Shown: piece by piece, positions 61,207 to 64,000 of the stretch
Layout of the letters: every line of letters begins with the position of its first letter
Numbering within the stretch: position 1 is the stretch's first letter
NCBI GenBank assembly: GCA_025757745.1
Contig: CP107217.1
Coordinates: 272,626-336,625 of the forward strand
DNA length: 64,000 bases
Source: Coriobacteriaceae bacterium
GTDB lineage: Bacteria > Actinomycetota > Coriobacteriia > Coriobacteriales > Coriobacteriaceae
Reading direction: 5' to 3'
Notes under the pieces: generated by a model
Told to the model about the DNA's origin: nothing
The model's database searches: none
The model's input: only the letters and a program-made list of their open reading frames with translations
Translations under genes and position numbers: made by a program

Positions 61207-64000
61207 ATGCTCATTCACCGTATAGCCGCGCAGCTCTACACTGCCGAGGCCTTGCAGACCGTCGAGGCCGGACTCGATGCTGGCGAGGACGTGACGCTGG
61301 CTGTGTCGCAGTCGGGCCGCACGCTTATGGCGGCCGCCCAGTTTGCGCGCCGTCCGCGCCCGACGGTCTATATCGTGAGCGGCGAGGATGCGGCCGATCG
61401 CGCCGTGCGTGGCCTTGCCGCCTACGTGGGCCTAGCGCACGTGTGCCGTTTTCCCGAGCGCAAGGACTATCCGTGGCGCGAGCAGGCGCCCGACGACGCC
61501 GTGGTAGCCCAGCGCTGCGAGGCGCTCGGGCGCATCGTACGCGGGGACAACTGCATCATGGTCGCCTCGGCCCGCGCACTGCTGCGTTGCGTGCCGCCGG
61601 TCGAGAGCCGCTACTGGGAGTCGACGACCTTTGCGGTGGGCGAGGAGATTCCCTTTGACGAGGTGCCACAGCGTCTGGTGGGCATGGGCTACACCAATGC
61701 CGGCGCCGCCGACGCGCCCGGCCTGTTCCGTGTGCACGGCGACACCGTCGAGGTGTTTCCCGCGCAGGAAAAGGCGCCCGTGCGCATTGAGTTTTTCGGC
61801 GACGAGATCGACCGCATCCGCCGCATGGTGAGTTCAACGGGCCAGACCATCGGCAACGAAGACAGCATCGAGATCTTCCCGTGCCGCGAGCTGGCGCTTA
61901 CCGACGAGGCCGTCCACAACATGCACGTGGCGCTCTACCGCGCAAGCCAGGACGACAGCAAGCTGGCGGCGCTGCTCGAGATGGTGGATGCACGTATCGT
62001 CACGCCTGAACTCGACCGCTTTTTGCCGGTGATGTACGGCCAGACCGTAAGCCCGCTGGCGCACGTGAGCGGCAAGGCGCTCGTGGTTTTGTCCGAGCCG
62101 CGCTCGCTGTTCGACGATTGCCTGCGCGCCTACGAGGATATCGAGGCGCGTGCCGGCGAGGCGGGGGTCGACCGCCTGGACGGCCTGTACGTGCGTGCCC
62201 AGCAACTCGACTTTGGCGCTCAACAGCGCCTGAACTACGTGAGCCTCATCCGTGCCGGCGGTGCGGTGACGGCCGAGCTCAAGATTGAGCAGCCTGCTAT
62301 CGCAGGCTCGGACAACCGTTTTATGACGCGCATCCAGGAGGTCGTGGGCAAGCGCTATGCCTGCGTGTTTGCCATCCCCGACCGCGGTGCGCGCGAGTCG
62401 ATGGAGCTCACCTTTGGCGACGAGGGCATTACCTTTGAGGAATCGCTGACCGCGGCGCCCGAAAATACCGGCGCTATCGGCGACCGCGTGCGCGTGGCAG
62501 CGGCGGATTCCGCCGACCGTGCCGCACGCCAGGAGGCCCATGCTTCCATTCGCGAGCGTCGCGCCGACGCGCTCAACGCCCGCCCGCTCGAGGCGGGCGC
62601 CGCGCAGGCTGCCGCCGGCGCCGCCGTGCCCACCATCTCGCGCGGGCGCGTGACCTTTGTGGACGCTGCCCTGCCGCAGGGCGTGGTGGTGCCCGACGCC
62701 AATTTTGCCGTGTTCTCGATCGCCGACCTCAACGCTCGCATGGATGCCAACCGCGCGCGCAGCCGCCGCAAGGTTGACATTACACAGATCACCTTCCCGT
62801 TTAAGCCGGGCGACTACGTGGTGCACGCTACCCACGGTATCGCGCTCTTTAGCGAGATCGCGCGCCAGGAAGTGGGCGGCAAGGAACGCGACTACTTTTT
62901 GCTGGAATACGCCGATGGCGACAAGCTCTACGTGCCGCTGGAGCAGGTTGACCGCATTACGCGCTACGTTGGTCCCGACGGCGATAAACCGCGCTTGACC
63001 AGGCTCAACACCGCCGACTGGACGCGGGCCACCAACAAGGCGCGCAAGAATGCCAAAAAGCTGGCGTTTGACCTGGTCGACCTGTATACGCGCCGCTCGT
63101 CGATTACCGGTATCGCCTGTCCGCCCGACACGCCCGAGCAGATCGAGATGGAGGAAAGCTTCCCCTACGACGAGACGCGCGACCAGCTGGAGGCTATCGC
63201 CGACATCAAGGCCGACATGGAGGCACCCAAGCCCATGGACCGCCTACTGTGCGGCGACGTGGGTTTCGGCAAGACCGAGGTCGCCCTGCGCGCGGCCTTT
63301 AAGTGCGTGGACTCCGGCCGCCAGGTCATGGTGCTCTGCCCCACGACCATTCTGGCCCAACAGCACTACGAGACATTCTTTGAGCGCTTTGCCCCGTTTG
63401 GCCTGGAGGTCGAGGTGCTCAGCCGCTTCCGCACCTCGGCGCAGCAAAAGCGCGCGCTCAAGGCGTTTGCCGAGGGCACGATCGATGTGCTCATCGGCAC
63501 GCACCGCTTGCTTTCTGCCGATGTGAACCCCAAGAACCTGGGCCTGGTGATCATCGACGAGGAGCAGCGCTTTGGTGTGCAGCACAAGGAGCAGCTCAAA
63601 AACCTGCGCGAGCAAATCGACGTGCTCACGCTCTCGGCAACGCCCATCCCGCGTACCATGCAGATGGCCACGAGCGGCGTGCGCGATATGAGTCTGATCA
63701 CCACGCCGCCGACCGGGCGTCGTCCCGTGATCGTGCACGTGGGGGAGTACGACCCCGACGTGGTGAGTGCGGCGATTCGCCTAGAGGTGGGCCGCGGCGG
63801 TCAGGTGTATTACGTGTCCAACCGCGTCAAGACCATCGACGATGCCGTGGCGCGCGTGCACGAGGCCGCGCCCGAGGCGCGCGTGGGCGTGGCGCACGGC
63901 AAGATGAGCCCGCGCGAGGTCGAGGACGTGATGATCGAGTTTGCGACCAAAAAGATCGACGTGCTTATCGCCACGACCATCGTGGAGAGCGGTATCGACA
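61207..64000 (+). CDS. mfd: Transcription-repair coupling factor, 3' end outside window
   Basis: Missing from the ORF track. ATG 61207 with GGAGGA RBS is in frame with GDYVVHATHGI, MDRLLCGDVGFGKTEVA, IIDEEQRFG and LSATPIPRT. Confidence 0.95.
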   Translation, partial: MLIHRIAAQLYTAEALQTVEAGLDAGEDVTLAVSQSGRTLMAAAQFARRPRPTVYIVSGEDAADRAVRGLAAYVGLAHVCRFPERKDYPWREQAPDDAVVAQRCEALGRIVRGDNCIMVASARALLRCVPPVESRYWESTTFAVGEEIPFDEVPQRLVGMGYTNAGAADAPGLFRVHGDTVEVFPAQEKAPVRIEFFGDEIDRIRRMVSSTGQTIGNEDSIEIFPCRELALTDEAVHNMHVALYRASQDDSKLAALLEMVDARIVTPELDRFLPVMYGQTVSPLAHVSGKALVVLSEPRSLFDDCLRAYEDIEARAGEAGVDRLDGLYVRAQQLDFGAQQRLNYVSLIRAGGAVTAELKIEQPAIAGSDNRFMTRIQEVVGKRYACVFAIPDRGARESMELTFGDEGITFEESLTAAPENTGAIGDRVRVAAADSADRAARQEAHASIRERRADALNARPLEAGAAQAAAGAAVPTISRGRVTFVDAALPQGVVVPDANFAVFSIADLNARMDANRARSRRKVDITQITFPFKPGDYVVHATHGIALFSEIARQEVGGKERDYFLLEYADGDKLYVPLEQVDRITRYVGPDGDKPRLTRLNTADWTRATNKARKNAKKLAFDLVDLYTRRSSITGIACPPDTPEQIEMEESFPYDETRDQLEAIADIKADMEAPKPMDRLLCGDVGFGKTEVALRAAFKCVDSGRQVMVLCPTTILAQQHYETFFERFAPFGLEVEVLSRFRTSAQQKRALKAFAEGTIDVLIGTHRLLSADVNPKNLGLVIIDEEQRFGVQHKEQLKNLREQIDVLTLSATPIPRTMQMATSGVRDMSLITTPPTGRRPVIVHVGEYDPDVVSAAIRLEVGRGGQVYYVSNRVKTIDDAVARVHEAAPEARVGVAHGKMSPREVEDVMIEFATKKIDVLIATTIVESGID

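Overview
High-GC actinobacterial chromosome segment; gene content and order suggest Coriobacteriia, Collinsella-like (inference). From left to right: (1) a minus-strand cell-wall phosphosignalling operon (membrane Ser/Thr kinase, fhaA, fhaB, PP2C phosphatase, a RodA/FtsW-penicillin-binding-protein fusion, PASTA kinase cut by the window edge); (2) a lower-GC cassette with a membrane regulator carrying two LuxR helix-turn-helix domains, a small secreted 'WSPD' protein, an ABC transporter and an accessory protein; (3) dnaX, an inserted orphan, ybaB and recR; (4) a secreted protein/kinase/FHA trio; (5) pyruvate:ferredoxin oxidoreductase; (6) an AAA ATPase-nuclease bracketed by two repeat arrays; (7) a 7.1-kb arginine deiminase module between two near-identical carbamate kinase genes, including a divergent deiminase paralog coupled to an XRE regulator whose S24 catalytic residues appear lost; (8) C39 peptidase, APC permease-amidohydrolase, two paralogous LytS/LytTR pairs, tRNA-Asp, Rrf2-mutY-rubrerythrin, rmuC, an ABC transporter, nth and mfd (cut by the right edge). 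Many intergenic junctions carry long inverted repeats, including two copies of a 14-18-14 bp palindrome array with a ~62-bp period, one inside a MITE-like element. I saw no CRISPR-cas, integrase or transposase gene. All calls are from reading motifs by eye; no searches were run.
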